Below are positions 39,590-49,375 of a DNA stretch of 64,000 nt, piece after piece. A program made the position numbers and the translations under genes. The notes under the pieces were generated by a model that was not told the DNA's origin, made no database searches, and worked only from the letters and a program-made list of their open reading frames with translations. Origin of the DNA: a virus. Within the stretch, counting starts at the first letter, position 1. Every line of letters starts with the position of its first letter. The DNA lies in the IMG/VR virus record IMGVR_UViG_3300046680_000412, positions 17,975-81,974 of that record, one strand, 5' to 3'.

Positions 39590-40408
39590 GTGAAAAACAT
39601 ACGCGTGCAGGGCTGGGATATCAGTTTGAACCACGGCGCGGTCGTGGAGCTCTGCAACGGCAAGCTCGACGGCTATTGGTTCTACAGCGACAAAGCGGGC
39701 AGCGTCGCGCGCAGTCGGAAGCACGGCGAGCGCGTGGAGCTGCCAACGCCTACGCGCATGCCTGACAAGCACGTGCGTTCCATCGTCCGGCTCGATTGGG
39801 TGAGTCGTTGGATCGAGCGCGTGGCACTTGCGAACCCGCCCGGCTACGTCGCGCTCGAAGACTACGCGATCGGCGCAGATCAGGGCGCTCACTACTTGGG
39901 CGAAATCGGCGGGCAAGCGCGGCGCCTGATGTGGACGCACGGCGTGCGCTACCGCTTGCATGATCCAATCGCGGTGAAATTGTTTGTCGCACATGACGCC
40001 ACTGCACAGAAGGACCTGATCGAGCGCATGGTGTCTGATCGTTGGGGCGCGGATTTCAGCCATTGCAACGCCAACGCCAAGCGCACGGGCCGCGGCAAGG
40101 AGTCGCGGCAAACATCCGAGGACTTGGCCGACGCATTTGGGCTCGCGCAAATGGCGTGGGCTGAATACCGGTTGCGTAAGGGCCACGTCCACCTGTCATC
40201 ACTGCATGAGAAAGAAATTCAGGTGTTCAATCGTGCGACGAAAGCGTTTCCGATCAACGTGCTCGGTCGCGAGTGGATTCGCAATCCGAGCGCGGCGCCT
40301 AGTCGATCGAGGTTGTGCGTCAATGGGCGATGCGTAGTTAGTTTGCTCGACGCGAAAAAACTTCTAAGCGACCGAACGATCGTTGCGCTATCTAAGGTTG
40401 CGCGCTGA
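39590..40408 (+). CDS. RuvC-like Holliday junction resolvase
   Basis: GWDISLNHGAV, ALEDY, VKLF...AQKD, DLADAFGLA. Confidence 0.75.
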   Translation: MKNIRVQGWDISLNHGAVVELCNGKLDGYWFYSDKAGSVARSRKHGERVELPTPTRMPDKHVRSIVRLDWVSRWIERVALANPPGYVALEDYAIGADQGAHYLGEIGGQARRLMWTHGVRYRLHDPIAVKLFVAHDATAQKDLIERMVSDRWGADFSHCNANAKRTGRGKESRQTSEDLADAFGLAQMAWAEYRLRKGHVHLSSLHEKEIQVFNRATKAFPINVLGREWIRNPSAAPSRSRLCVNGRCVVSLLDAKKLLSDRTIVALSKVAR

Positions 40409-40457
40409 AGCGAACAGACAAAGAAGTTTTTGAAGTGCATGAACGCGACGAGTCAAA

Positions 40458-40676
40458 ATGCAAAAGTCCAAGCCAGCAACGGCCGCGCCTAAGCCGCAAA
40501 CGAAGCACGAAGAGTGGGTTCAGGACATTCGTGGCGCGGACGGCGCGATCGGCGGAATCAAGCTCAATGAGTACGAGCAAGAATTCATGGACAGCGTCGA
40601 GGGCCGACTCGAAGCGGGCCGGTCGCTGACGCCAGCACAGGCCGAGTTGCTCGAAAAAATCTGGGATCGAATCTGA
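40458..40676 (+). CDS. Hypothetical protein
   Basis: LNEYEQEFMDSV...LTPAQAELLEKI. Confidence 0.65.
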   Translation: MQKSKPATAAPKPQTKHEEWVQDIRGADGAIGGIKLNEYEQEFMDSVEGRLEAGRSLTPAQAELLEKIWDRI

Positions 40677-41636
40677 ATGCCCCATGATGAAAAAGCTCTG
40701 TCTCGCGATCTTCCGCGAGTCACGATCGTCGACGGCAAGAACTTGCTGTGGCGCAACGCCGATGCATTCAGCGAGTTGACCGCGCACGTCGACGGTGAAG
40801 AGCTGCGAACGGGCGGCATGTACGGATTCGTTGCCGGGCTCTTGCGCATTCGCTCGCGCTACCGCGCGCCCATCATCGTGGCATGGGAAGGCACCGACAA
40901 TTTTCGCTTCAAGCTGTGGCCGGACTACAAGCGCAAGCGCGTCGAAGACGCTACGCCAGCGCAAGAAGAGCTGGCGCGTGAAGTCGTGGCGAGCGAGGGC
41001 CGGCTCAACGAGCTTCTGTCGCACGCGGGCGTGCGACAGTACTACGGGATCGAGTGCGAGGCCGACGACGTGATCGCGACTTTGGCTGCGACGCTGCAGC
41101 GCAAGGGTATCGGAGTCACGATCTACACGGGCGACTCCGACTTGCGACAACTCGCGGGCACGGGCGTCACGATCATGGCGCCCGGCTACGGCGGCGCGGG
41201 CGACACGCTCTACGACTATGACGCCGTGGTCAAGCGCTACGGCGTGCGGCCGCGGCAGTTGCCGGCGTTCAAGGCGTTGGCGGGCGACACCAGCGACGGC
41301 ATCCCGGGCTTGCCGGGCATCGGCGAGAAGACCGCGTCTGTGCTGATCGAAAGGTTCGGTCATCTGAACGGTGTGATTTCGTGCGCGCGTTCGTCGCCGA
41401 CTTCGCCGTCGGGCGAGCTCTGGCCGGTGGCTGATCGCTTTCGTGACGTCGTCAAGCAAGGCGCGGACAAGGCGAGGCTGTTTTTGCAGCTCACCACGGT
41501 CAAGTCCGACGTGCGCGTCAAGCCGGTTCCGCGCGCCACCGATCGCGACGAAGTGATGCGCCTGCTCAAGGCGTACAAGTTTCGCAGTCTGTCGAGCGCG
41601 GCCGAGCTCTTGGACATCATGAGGCTTGGCCAGTGA
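40677..41636 (+). CDS. 5'-3' exonuclease / flap endonuclease
   Basis: VDG, YKRKR, EADDVIATL, TGDSDLRQL, GDTSDGIPGLPGIGEKTA. Confidence 0.95.
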   Translation: MPHDEKALSRDLPRVTIVDGKNLLWRNADAFSELTAHVDGEELRTGGMYGFVAGLLRIRSRYRAPIIVAWEGTDNFRFKLWPDYKRKRVEDATPAQEELAREVVASEGRLNELLSHAGVRQYYGIECEADDVIATLAATLQRKGIGVTIYTGDSDLRQLAGTGVTIMAPGYGGAGDTLYDYDAVVKRYGVRPRQLPAFKALAGDTSDGIPGLPGIGEKTASVLIERFGHLNGVISCARSSPTSPSGELWPVADRFRDVVKQGADKARLFLQLTTVKSDVRVKPVPRATDRDEVMRLLKAYKFRSLSSAAELLDIMRLGQ

Positions 41637-42271
41637 GCGAAGAAGCGGAGGTCTCGCTCGACGCTCAGCGCCAGCTCGCTCAGCTGGCGCTGTCGTGGGC
41701 TGGCTGCACGAGTTGCGGGCTGTGCACGATGCGATCGCGCGTGGTGTTCCATCGCGGCAATCCGAGCGGTTCGATCGCCATCGTGGGCGATGCGCCCGGT
41801 CGTGAAGAAGACGCGCGCGGTCTGCCGTTTGTTGGGCCGGCCGGCAAACTGCTCGACGAGATGCTGGCTGCTGCGAAAGTGTCTTTCGACGACGTGTGCT
41901 ATCTGAATCTCATCGGTTGCCGGACGCCCTACGATCGCGCTCCGAACCGCGAAGAGATTGGTCCGTGCTTGGCGCGTACGTTAGGCATGTTGCGCGCGAT
42001 CGATCCGGCTGTCGTGATTATGCTCGGGCTCACCGCGGCGAATACGCTGGCGCATGTGACCTCGGTGGGTCCGTGGCGCGGCATGCCGGTTGAAGTGGAG
42101 CTCGATCGGGGCCGCTCGTGTCGCGGGATCGTGACCTATCACCCGCGGTTTTTGTTGCAGCACTCCGGGCACCGTTTGGCGGCGTTGCGGCGCAACATGC
42201 TCTCTGATCTCAAAGTCGCGCGGGCGCTGGCTTCGACACGAAAGGATTCACGTGACCTACTCGGACACTGA
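41633..42271 (+). CDS. udg: Uracil-DNA glycosylase, family 4
   Basis: CTSCGLC, VGDAPGREED..G.PFVGPAG, TYHP. Confidence 0.9.
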   Translation: MSEEAEVSLDAQRQLAQLALSWAGCTSCGLCTMRSRVVFHRGNPSGSIAIVGDAPGREEDARGLPFVGPAGKLLDEMLAAAKVSFDDVCYLNLIGCRTPYDRAPNREEIGPCLARTLGMLRAIDPAVVIMLGLTAANTLAHVTSVGPWRGMPVEVELDRGRSCRGIVTYHPRFLLQHSGHRLAALRRNMLSDLKVARALASTRKDSRDLLGH

Positions 42272-42821
42272 CATCATGGAAGCGCTCAGGCGCGGCGACG
42301 CGTGCGACCGCTGCGACAACTGGATTCGCGTGATCCCGTTCGATGTGAGCCGGCTTCAGCCTGCGTCGATCGATCTGCGATTGGGTACCGAGTTTGTGTG
42401 CTTTCGCGCGTCTGAGTTTATCGACATGGCCGATCGTCTGGTCCCGAGCTACCCGGTAGACATCGGCACGGGGCGGGACAGCTATTTCGAATTGAAACCT
42501 GGACAGCTCGCGCTCGGAACAACCGTCGAGCGCATCCACTTGGCGCCGCGCGTGTGGGCGAGCATCGAGGGCAAAAGCAGCATGGGCCGCATGGGCCTGG
42601 CCGTGCACGTGACCGCGGGCTTCATCGATCCAGGGTTCTACGGACAGATCACGCTCGAACTTCTGAACGTGGGGCCAAGCCCGATTCGACTGCGCCCGGG
42701 GCTGGCCATTTGTCAGGTCGCATTCGGTGAATGCGGGACGCGCGCGCTGCGACCGTACGGTTCTCCCGGGCTCGGCAGTCGCTATCAGAATCAGGCCGGC
42801 GCAGTGCCGGTGAAGCCGTGA
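42252..42821 (+). CDS. dcd: dCTP deaminase
   Basis: QPASIDLRLG, GKSSMGRMGL, AGFIDPGFYGQITLE, YQNQ. Confidence 0.95.
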   Translation: MTYSDTDIMEALRRGDACDRCDNWIRVIPFDVSRLQPASIDLRLGTEFVCFRASEFIDMADRLVPSYPVDIGTGRDSYFELKPGQLALGTTVERIHLAPRVWASIEGKSSMGRMGLAVHVTAGFIDPGFYGQITLELLNVGPSPIRLRPGLAICQVAFGECGTRALRPYGSPGLGSRYQNQAGAVPVKP

Positions 42822-43063
42822 CGGGGCGAGGCTGGATTCGTTTTACAAGCTCGCCGTTCATGAACGCGGGCGAACGCGGTGAGTTCAAACGATTGCGGGC
42901 GGGCGGCGCAGTGACAGTGTTCGGAGTGCGAGAGTGCGCGGCAGGCGGTTGTCAAAACGAAGTGCCGCACGGCGCGAAGCTGTATTGCAGTGAGGCGTGT
43001 TGGCGTAAGGAAGAAGGGCCCAATGAAGAAGAAAAAGAAGACGCGGCCGGGACAGTGGATTGA
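42818..43063 (+). CDS. Small Cys-rich hypothetical protein
   Basis: GTGA overlap; C...C...YCSEAC. Confidence 0.5.
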   Translation: MTGRGWIRFTSSPFMNAGERGEFKRLRAGGAVTVFGVRECAAGGCQNEVPHGAKLYCSEACWRKEEGPNEEEKEDAAGTVD

Positions 43064-43265
43064 CGACGTGACGGCCGCGATTGGTCACCACGTGCATTTG
43101 GAGACGGGCGACGGCGTTGTGCGCGAAGGCCGTTTCACTGGGCTTGCGTGTCGCGAAATCGAGATCAACGGACAGGTGCGCGAGGTGCCGTCGCGCGTCG
43201 AGCTCAACGGCGATCCGAGCGACTACGTGGATTTTCCGCTGATTGTGCGCATGAACATCGATTGA
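43023..43265 (+). CDS. Hypothetical protein (possible Sm-like beta fold)
   Basis: IGHHVHLETGDGVVREGRFTG pattern. Confidence 0.5.
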   Translation: MKKKKKTRPGQWIDDVTAAIGHHVHLETGDGVVREGRFTGLACREIEINGQVREVPSRVELNGDPSDYVDFPLIVRMNID

Positions 43266-43281
43266 AGGAAAAGCGAGGGCC

Positions 43282-43665
43282 ATGTCGAAACTTCGTGATG
43301 CAGTTTCCAAGACCCATCTGCAGCGTCTTGTGCAAGACGTCGAGCCATCGGGTCGACCGTTGTCCCGTGGGCAACGGCGTCGTGCACGTGTGGGCGCAGT
43401 GTCGCCGCTCGGCAGTCACGTGGCGGCCAACGAAAACGGCGCGCTCAAGGCACCGACCGGCGAGCCGGGGCCGATTCGGGAGGCGCGTGCGCGGCTGCGC
43501 TCGATGATTGCGCAAGCCACCCAAGATGCGCCGCGGAGCTCGATCGGGATCGTGCTGGCGATCGTGAATCAGGAGACCGGTAACCATACAGCTGCGAACG
43601 CGCTGATCGACGAATACGGGCTAGAGCGGCTTTTTGGCATCAAAAAGTTCAGCATAAATAGTTGA
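43282..43665 (+). CDS. Hypothetical protein
   Basis: 127 aa, GAGG RBS. Confidence 0.6.
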   Translation: MSKLRDAVSKTHLQRLVQDVEPSGRPLSRGQRRRARVGAVSPLGSHVAANENGALKAPTGEPGPIREARARLRSMIAQATQDAPRSSIGIVLAIVNQETGNHTAANALIDEYGLERLFGIKKFSINS

Positions 43666-43708
43666 CACGTTGAAGCGAAGCGCTAGAGTTGAGCAAGGAA
43701 GTAACGGT

Positions 43709-44671
43709 ATGAAGATTCAACATAGCTATCTGATGTGGGTGGGCGCCGAACAGTACGACACCATTCGCGATTATGTGCAGGAAGTGCGCGAGTTGGGCGT
43801 ATCGAAGCGTCTTCCGGGCATCGGCATGGCGAACGCGCTGGCGGAGCCCGGTTCGATCGTGTTCGTCGCACACGATGACGGCGAGGCCTACAGCTGCGAC
43901 GTGTGCCTAGGGCAGGTCGAGTGCTCGGAGTGCCGCATCGGTGAGCAGAAGATCGCCAAGTGGAAGCGTGAGGCCGAGGCGGTGCGTAAGCGCTACGCCA
44001 ACGACGACGAAGTGCCGCGCGGCAAAGAGCGCATCGTCGAGATTCGCGAGGCGCGAATCGCCAAGGTACGTGAGGCCATGGCGCAGTGTGAGCTTTGCGG
44101 CGGCGACGGTAAGTACGAGTGCGGCACGGGCGGCCATGTGGTGCGCAAAGATGGTTCGAAGATGGACTATCGCGCATACAACTACTGGATGCGCCAGCCG
44201 GCGAAGTTCGACGACAGCGAGATCGCCTCGCGTCACATGTGCGCAGAGTGTAGCGGCACGGGCAAGAAGCCGGCCGCGGTCGTGTTCGGTGCGTTCGTGC
44301 CTACGATCGAGGTCGTGGTCAGCGGGCGCGAAATCGATGTGGTCAAAGAGAAGATCGCGGACTTCGATCAAGTCAGCTTGTCCAAGGTCGCCAAGGAGGC
44401 CGAGCGGCGGCCGAGCAAGCGTCGAGCGCTCGAACTGAGCAAGCGCCAGCCCGGCTACTACGCCGTGGCGGGTGCGGGCAAGGCGAGCAAGCGTGCGCAG
44501 TCGGTGGCGATGGCCTTGACGGCGGCGCGTGCGGTGAAGGGCGAGATCGAAGTGATCGGCGACGTCGTGCTGTTCTCGAAGCCGGTCAAGGTCGACGAAA
44601 AGCGCTTTCGCGGTGTGAAACGATTCGGGCTTTTGCCGGTCGAAGAAATTCGCGCAGAAATGAGCGCCTGA
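43709..44671 (+). CDS. Hypothetical protein with multiple CxxC motifs
   Basis: Promoter + AAGGA RBS; CDVC, CSEC, CELC, CAEC. Confidence 0.75.
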   Translation: MKIQHSYLMWVGAEQYDTIRDYVQEVRELGVSKRLPGIGMANALAEPGSIVFVAHDDGEAYSCDVCLGQVECSECRIGEQKIAKWKREAEAVRKRYANDDEVPRGKERIVEIREARIAKVREAMAQCELCGGDGKYECGTGGHVVRKDGSKMDYRAYNYWMRQPAKFDDSEIASRHMCAECSGTGKKPAAVVFGAFVPTIEVVVSGREIDVVKEKIADFDQVSLSKVAKEAERRPSKRRALELSKRQPGYYAVAGAGKASKRAQSVAMALTAARAVKGEIEVIGDVVLFSKPVKVDEKRFRGVKRFGLLPVEEIRAEMSA

Positions 44672-44714
44672 TAAAAGTTGTTGCGTTGAAGCGTGGCGCT
44701 GCTAGAGTCTGAGC

Positions 44715-44963
44715 ATGTCGTTGCAACCAAAGTCGCTTGCCGCCAGCGCATCCATCAGTCAGTCGGTGGCGAGTGGCCAGCCCGTGAACTTGGTCGATTG
44801 GGCGCTGGCCAAGTTTGGCGACACGCGCGGCAACGCGATCGCGGAGCTCACTCGGCTGGCGACGAAGGTCGAAGCGCACGGGCAGCATACGGTGTTTTCT
44901 GGCCGCAAGGGCCGGCGCAACTGGCGCGTGCGTGTGTTGACGTCGGAGGCAGCATGTCAGTGA
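44715..44963 (+). CDS. Hypothetical protein (leaderless)
   Basis: ATG is the 7th nt after -10 TAGAGT. Confidence 0.65.
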   Translation: MSLQPKSLAASASISQSVASGQPVNLVDWALAKFGDTRGNAIAELTRLATKVEAHGQHTVFSGRKGRRNWRVRVLTSEAACQ

Positions 44964-45436
44964 GCATCGTCGCGGATGTAGTCGCGGCACGTGTCGAGCG
45001 CACGGAGCCGTGTCTGTGTGCGCAGATGGCGCCACTGTTCGGCGATCTGCTCCATGGCCAGAGTCAGGACTGGGAGAGCTTGCGCGAGCACGCTGACGCC
45101 GGGTGCGCGAACTGTGGCGGCTCAGGCGTCGAGTGCGTTTCGCTCGACGGGCGGCCGCAAGTGAATTTTTCAAACGGGAACGCGGCGATCATCTTCCGTG
45201 CGCTCGGGATCGACATGAGTGCGGGCTACGGCGACATGGAGCTCGCGACACTGCGCCGGGGCCTGATTCGCGCGCGCAACGTGGCCGTGCCAGAGACGCT
45301 ACGCGCCAGCGACGAGTCCGAGCGGGTGCACGTGGCCGGCTACTCGCGCGGTGACTTGTTGCGGGCGCTGGCGCGGTTAGATGAGCTTGTCGCGGCCGCG
45401 CAGCAGCTGGGCGCGACACGATTGACGTGGCACTAG
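44954..45436 (+). CDS. Hypothetical protein
   Basis: GGAGG RBS before ATG 44954; CANCGGSG, NFSNGNA. Confidence 0.7.
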   Translation: MSVSIVADVVAARVERTEPCLCAQMAPLFGDLLHGQSQDWESLREHADAGCANCGGSGVECVSLDGRPQVNFSNGNAAIIFRALGIDMSAGYGDMELATLRRGLIRARNVAVPETLRASDESERVHVAGYSRGDLLRALARLDELVAAAQQLGATRLTWH

Positions 45437-45510
45437 GGATCGACCCGGAGTGCAAAACCGGGTTGCGCGCGACGCGTCCTGTGATTAGGTTTGGCGCGTG
45501 AGGCTAGACC

Positions 45511-45804
45511 ATGGAGCGCACCGAAGATCTGATCCGCGCCCTTTTGGAGTCGTTCCACGCTCATGCGCGGCCGTGTAAGCTAGACACGGCCCGGGGCCGC
45601 GCCTGGCTGCAGGCTAGCCACGCGATCGAGCTTGTCGCCTCGGAGTCGTTTGCTGACCTGACGGAGCCGCTGCGCGCCACGGTGCGGGCCTGCCGCGTCC
45701 TCGGCGTAGTCGAGCCGGTGGCGTACGCCGCGGCGCTTGGCGGTGCGCTACGGCTCGACCTTGGGCCGGTTTTTGTCGACAGCGACTGCGACTGCGCAGC
45801 GTAG
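45511..45804 (+). CDS. Hypothetical protein
   Basis: GAGG RBS, 97 aa. Confidence 0.55.
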   Translation: MERTEDLIRALLESFHAHARPCKLDTARGRAWLQASHAIELVASESFADLTEPLRATVRACRVLGVVEPVAYAAALGGALRLDLGPVFVDSDCDCAA

Positions 45805-45831
45805 GCGCCGCGCGCGCGTTACCTCGATTGC

Positions 45832-46164
45832 ATGAGCTCCATGCTATCAACGGTGACATGTCGGGTCGTGCGAGTCGTCCAAGCAGTGCGAGGCGCCGTC
45901 GCCATGGCTCGCGTCGATGGCTCGCCGAAAGACGTTTTGGTGACGTTTCAGCTGCTCGACTCGCCGCACACCGAGGGCCTGACGGCGCGCAACGCGATTG
46001 CGATCGTCAAAAAGGCGCGCGTTCACAAGCTCGACCCGTTCGATTTGTGGATGATCTTCGACGGTTACGTGTGTGACGACCTCGACGAAGCGGTGATCAA
46101 AGCGATCGAGATCAAGGCGATGTACGCGCCGACGACGCCGTTGACGCCGATGGAACGTAACTAG
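45832..46164 (+). CDS. Hypothetical protein (start uncertain)
   Basis: ORF fills gap before next promoter. Confidence 0.55.
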   Translation: MSSMLSTVTCRVVRVVQAVRGAVAMARVDGSPKDVLVTFQLLDSPHTEGLTARNAIAIVKKARVHKLDPFDLWMIFDGYVCDDLDEAVIKAIEIKAMYAPTTPLTPMERN

Positions 46165-46237
46165 TCGAAAATATTTGTAGAAAAACTAGGCGCGAAAAAC
46201 TTATTGCGTTGAAGCGGTGATGCGCTATTCTGTGGCT

Positions 46238-46450
46238 ATGGAACGCCTCGAACCTGGCACCGAACGCGAGCGACAGAAACAGGCCTGTAAGGGCCCCTAC
46301 CTGTACCGCTGGCACTACATCTGCGACGACGGGGCGAGCTTCAGCGCGATCGCCCCGAGTGAGGCGGGCGCCTTCCGCGTCCTGAATGCAGAACGCCCCG
46401 GCATGCGGGCCCGCTTCACCGGTGCGACGAACGCCGGCATCTGGGGCTGA
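46238..46450 (+). CDS. Hypothetical protein (leaderless)
   Basis: ATG is the 7th nt after -10 TATTCT. Confidence 0.65.
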   Translation: MERLEPGTERERQKQACKGPYLYRWHYICDDGASFSAIAPSEAGAFRVLNAERPGMRARFTGATNAGIWG

Positions 46451-46550
46451 GCCAAAGCTTCTTTCGGGTGGCGTCATCGAAAAAACTGGCGTCCGACTCC
46501 GGTTCGAGCCATCGATTCAGAGTGTGTCTGTTACGTAGTTCAGACACGAC

Positions 46551-47450
46551 ATGAACATAGAACCCGCTCAGGAGTTGGAAGCCATGGCATCTGCCGTCCT
46601 ATTGCCCGCAAAAACGGGAAAGTTACTTCAGTTCGATCCGAACGAGCCGCTCGTGATCGGCGTAGACACCAAAGATGGCCCGGAGCACGAACTGTGGGAC
46701 GAGCGCATCAAGTCGTCGCTCGACGAGTCCATGGTGCTCAATATCATGGTGTTCGGCGTCAAGACCGCCATCGTGCTGCGCAAGAGCATGGCGAGCGACG
46801 GCAAGTACGAGGTGGTCGACGGGCGCGGACGTATTCTGCACGCGCGTGAGGCGAACAAACGTCTGAAAAAGGCGGGAGAACCACTCCTGTACGTGCCGGC
46901 GACGCTCGAAAACGGCGACGAAGTGCACATGGAGTCGCTGACAATCGCGCTCAACGAGATCCGCCGCGAAGACAACACGCTCGTCAAGGCGGAAAAGTGC
47001 ATGCGCCTATTGCAGCGCAACGGCAACGATGCCCGTGCCGCAGCCGTCACGTTCGGCGTGAGCGTGGCGGCGATCAAAAACTGGGTCAAGGTGGCCGAGC
47101 TCACCCCCAAGGTGAAGCGCGCGGTAGCGGCCGGCGAGATCAGTGCCTCGGCGGCGGCCGAGCTCCATGGCCTCGAAAAAGAGGACCAGATCGCGAAGCT
47201 CGACAAACTGACTTCGCATGCGAAGGCCAACGGCAAGAAAAAGGCGACAACGACCAGCGCCAAAAAGGAATCGGGCAAGCGCGCGACTATGCCGCGCCGC
47301 GTGCTGATGAGGCTGATCGGCGACGAAGAGCTGTCTTCGCGCGTCGAGCCCGAGATGATCCACGGGATCAAGCTCGCGCTTGGCGAACACGTGCCCGGCG
47401 AGACAACCAAGCTCGGAAAGTTGCTGGCACAGGCTGGGTACAAATACTAG
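46551..47450 (+). CDS. ParB/Srx-like protein, paralog 1
   Basis: YEVVDGRGR, NEIRRE, HTH-like AAVTFGVSVAAIKNW. Confidence 0.8.
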   Translation: MNIEPAQELEAMASAVLLPAKTGKLLQFDPNEPLVIGVDTKDGPEHELWDERIKSSLDESMVLNIMVFGVKTAIVLRKSMASDGKYEVVDGRGRILHAREANKRLKKAGEPLLYVPATLENGDEVHMESLTIALNEIRREDNTLVKAEKCMRLLQRNGNDARAAAVTFGVSVAAIKNWVKVAELTPKVKRAVAAGEISASAAAELHGLEKEDQIAKLDKLTSHAKANGKKKATTTSAKKESGKRATMPRRVLMRLIGDEELSSRVEPEMIHGIKLALGEHVPGETTKLGKLLAQAGYKY

Positions 47451-47519
47451 GGCGTTCGTTCCGCAAGGGTCGTGGTCGGTCGCGTCGTGTCGACGGGTCG
47501 CGTGCGAAGCGGGCGGGGA

Positions 47520-47563
47520 GGGGCGAGGGGGAAACGTGAGGCCCCTTCGCCCCGTTTTCTTTT
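47520..47563 (+). terminator. Intrinsic terminator-like hairpin
   Basis: GGGGCGAGGGG...CCCCTTCGCCCC followed by GTTTTCTTTT. Confidence 0.65.
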
Positions 47564-47585
47564 GGGGCGTGGAGATCGATCTGAG

Positions 47586-48518
47586 ATGGAGAAAGCAGCG
47601 ACGAAGCAAAGACAGTTTCGGCCGATGCTCGCGGCGACGCTCGAAGACGTAAGCGCGTTGCAGTATCCCGTGCTGGCGAGCCCGAAGTACGACGGGATCC
47701 GGTGCGTGATTCGTGACGGCCGAGCGCTAACGCGTTCGCTCAAGCCGATCCCCAATGTGCACATGCGCGAAGTTCTCGAAGCGATGGGCGCGCGCGCGTG
47801 GGGTTTTGACGGAGAGATCATGCTGCCGTATCCGGCGACTTTTCAGGCCGTCGAGAGCGCGGTGATGAGTCGCGAGAAGCCGCCTCCCGCAGACTGGTTT
47901 TACGCGGTGTTCGACTGGTGTCCGGCAGCTGTAGACAAGGTCCCTTTTTGTGATCGACTCGAAAGCGTTGGGCGCTTGATCGCGGCTTGCAAGTTCGGTC
48001 AGCACGTGCGGTTTTGCGAGCACACAGTGATCGCCAACGAAGCCATGCTCGCGAGCTACGAGAAAGACGCGCTCACGGCCGGACACGAAGGCGTGATGTT
48101 GCGTGCGCTCGATGCACCGTACAAGTTCGGTCGTGCGACGGCGCGCGAAGGCTGGCTGCTCAAGCTCAAGCGTATGGTCGACGCCGAGGCCGAAATCGTC
48201 GGCTCGTTGGAGCTGCAGCACAACCGCAACGAAGCGTTTACGGGCGAGCTCGGACAGACCAAGCGTCGAACGCTCAAGAGCGGCAAGGTCGACGGAGGCA
48301 TGCTTGGAAAGTTGGTCGTGCGCGATCTGAAGACCGGGATCGAATTCAAAATCGGCACGGGCTTTACGCTGGCGCAGCGTAAGCTCTGGTGGCGCATTCG
48401 TGACGCGCTGATCGGGCGCGTCGTGCGTTACCGCTTCCAGGAACACGGGGTCAAGGACAAGCCACGGATTGCGAGCTTCAGCGGCTTTCGTGATCGGCGC
48501 GATCTGGACGGTGATTGA
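47586..48518 (+). CDS. ATP-dependent DNA ligase
   Basis: PMLA, KYDGIR, FDGE, VFD, EGVMLR, LLKLK, IGTGF. Confidence 0.95.
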   Translation: MEKAATKQRQFRPMLAATLEDVSALQYPVLASPKYDGIRCVIRDGRALTRSLKPIPNVHMREVLEAMGARAWGFDGEIMLPYPATFQAVESAVMSREKPPPADWFYAVFDWCPAAVDKVPFCDRLESVGRLIAACKFGQHVRFCEHTVIANEAMLASYEKDALTAGHEGVMLRALDAPYKFGRATAREGWLLKLKRMVDAEAEIVGSLELQHNRNEAFTGELGQTKRRTLKSGKVDGGMLGKLVVRDLKTGIEFKIGTGFTLAQRKLWWRIRDALIGRVVRYRFQEHGVKDKPRIASFSGFRDRRDLDGD

Positions 48519-48810
48519 GCTCGCGTTCGAGTGCCGCGATGCCAGCCAGCAACGCGAGCTTGTCAATCGCCTTCAGCGTGACGACGGCAGGGGAGCCGTG
48601 CATCTGAGCGATGATGGCCCGGAGCCGCTGGGCGCTTTGGTTGGGGTCTAGCGAGCCGGTGGGCGGCGCGACAGGGAAGCGGGGCTGGTCGCGTGCGTCA
48701 GCGATCGGGAAGTCAGGCGCGGGCTTGGAGCGGCATTCGTGCGCCCATCGGCTCTGGCACGACGGGCACTCGGTTGCGGCTGCGTGACAGGGGCACGTGC
48801 ACAGCATCAT
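48478..48810 (-). CDS. Hypothetical protein, Cys-rich N-terminus
   Basis: ATGA coupling to upstream minus-strand gene; CTCPCH...CPSC. Confidence 0.5.
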   Translation of the reverse strand: MMLCTCPCHAAATECPSCQSRWAHECRSKPAPDFPIADARDQPRFPVAPPTGSLDPNQSAQRLRAIIAQMHGSPAVVTLKAIDKLALLAGIAALERELNHRPDRADHESR

Positions 48811-49001
48811 GGCTTGGCCTTTCGTGGCAAAACGTCGAACCAATCGTCTCTACGCTCGACGGTGGACATCACACGCTCGCCGATCGCGACTGCTGCGCGT
48901 TGAAGACCGAGGCGGCCGCATAGCGATGCGATCCACAGCTCACCGAGCAGCAGTTTCCCGCGCCAGTTGACGCGGAGACAAAAGGTGGCGGCGCCGATCA
49001 T
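48807..49001 (-). CDS. Hypothetical protein (possibly leaderless)
   Basis: Minus-strand TATACT 7 nt before ATG 49001. Confidence 0.45.
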   Translation of the reverse strand: MIGAATFCLRVNWRGKLLLGELWIASLCGRLGLQRAAVAIGERVMSTVERRDDWFDVLPRKAKP

Positions 49002-49192
49002 GAAGCAGAGTATATGCGGCGTGCGTTGTGCGCGCACATGACACAAGACACTTTGTCGCGGCGTGGATAACCGGAGGACAAGTGCACTACGTCAGTAATT
49101 TGATTCAAGATCTGGCGTGGACAAGTGATCCGAAACGGCGTTTGCCTGCGATTCATCGTGGTGTGCGCGTGCGTACGGAGGCGTGGGATCGC

Positions 49193-49375
49193 CTAGGTTT
49201 TGAGCAGCAGCAGCTCAAGGATCCTGCGCGCCAGCTCGCCGCGGGACACGTGTTGGCCTTCCGCGTTGGCAAGTCTCTCGCGTGCGAGGTCGATCGCGTC
49301 GACCAGCGCGCCGTCGCATCGGACGTAGACGACTGAGGCTGGCCACGAATGCGGCGGCGGCCGCCACTTTGTCAC
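49193..49375 (-). CDS. Ribbon-helix-helix-like DNA-binding protein
   Basis: GTGA overlap with upstream gene; VVYVRCDGALVDAID...VSRGELARRILE. Confidence 0.55.
   Translation of the reverse strand: MTKWRPPPHSWPASVVYVRCDGALVDAIDLARERLANAEGQHVSRGELARRILELLLLKT

Noticed and set aside
41633-42821. Dcd as evidence of a uracil-substituted genome
   Set aside because: The adjacent UDG argues for ordinary dTTP supply and uracil repair
46480-46550. GGTTCGAGCC T-loop-like motif as a tRNA
   Set aside because: No cloverleaf or acceptor stem could be built; no tRNA was recognised anywhere in the window
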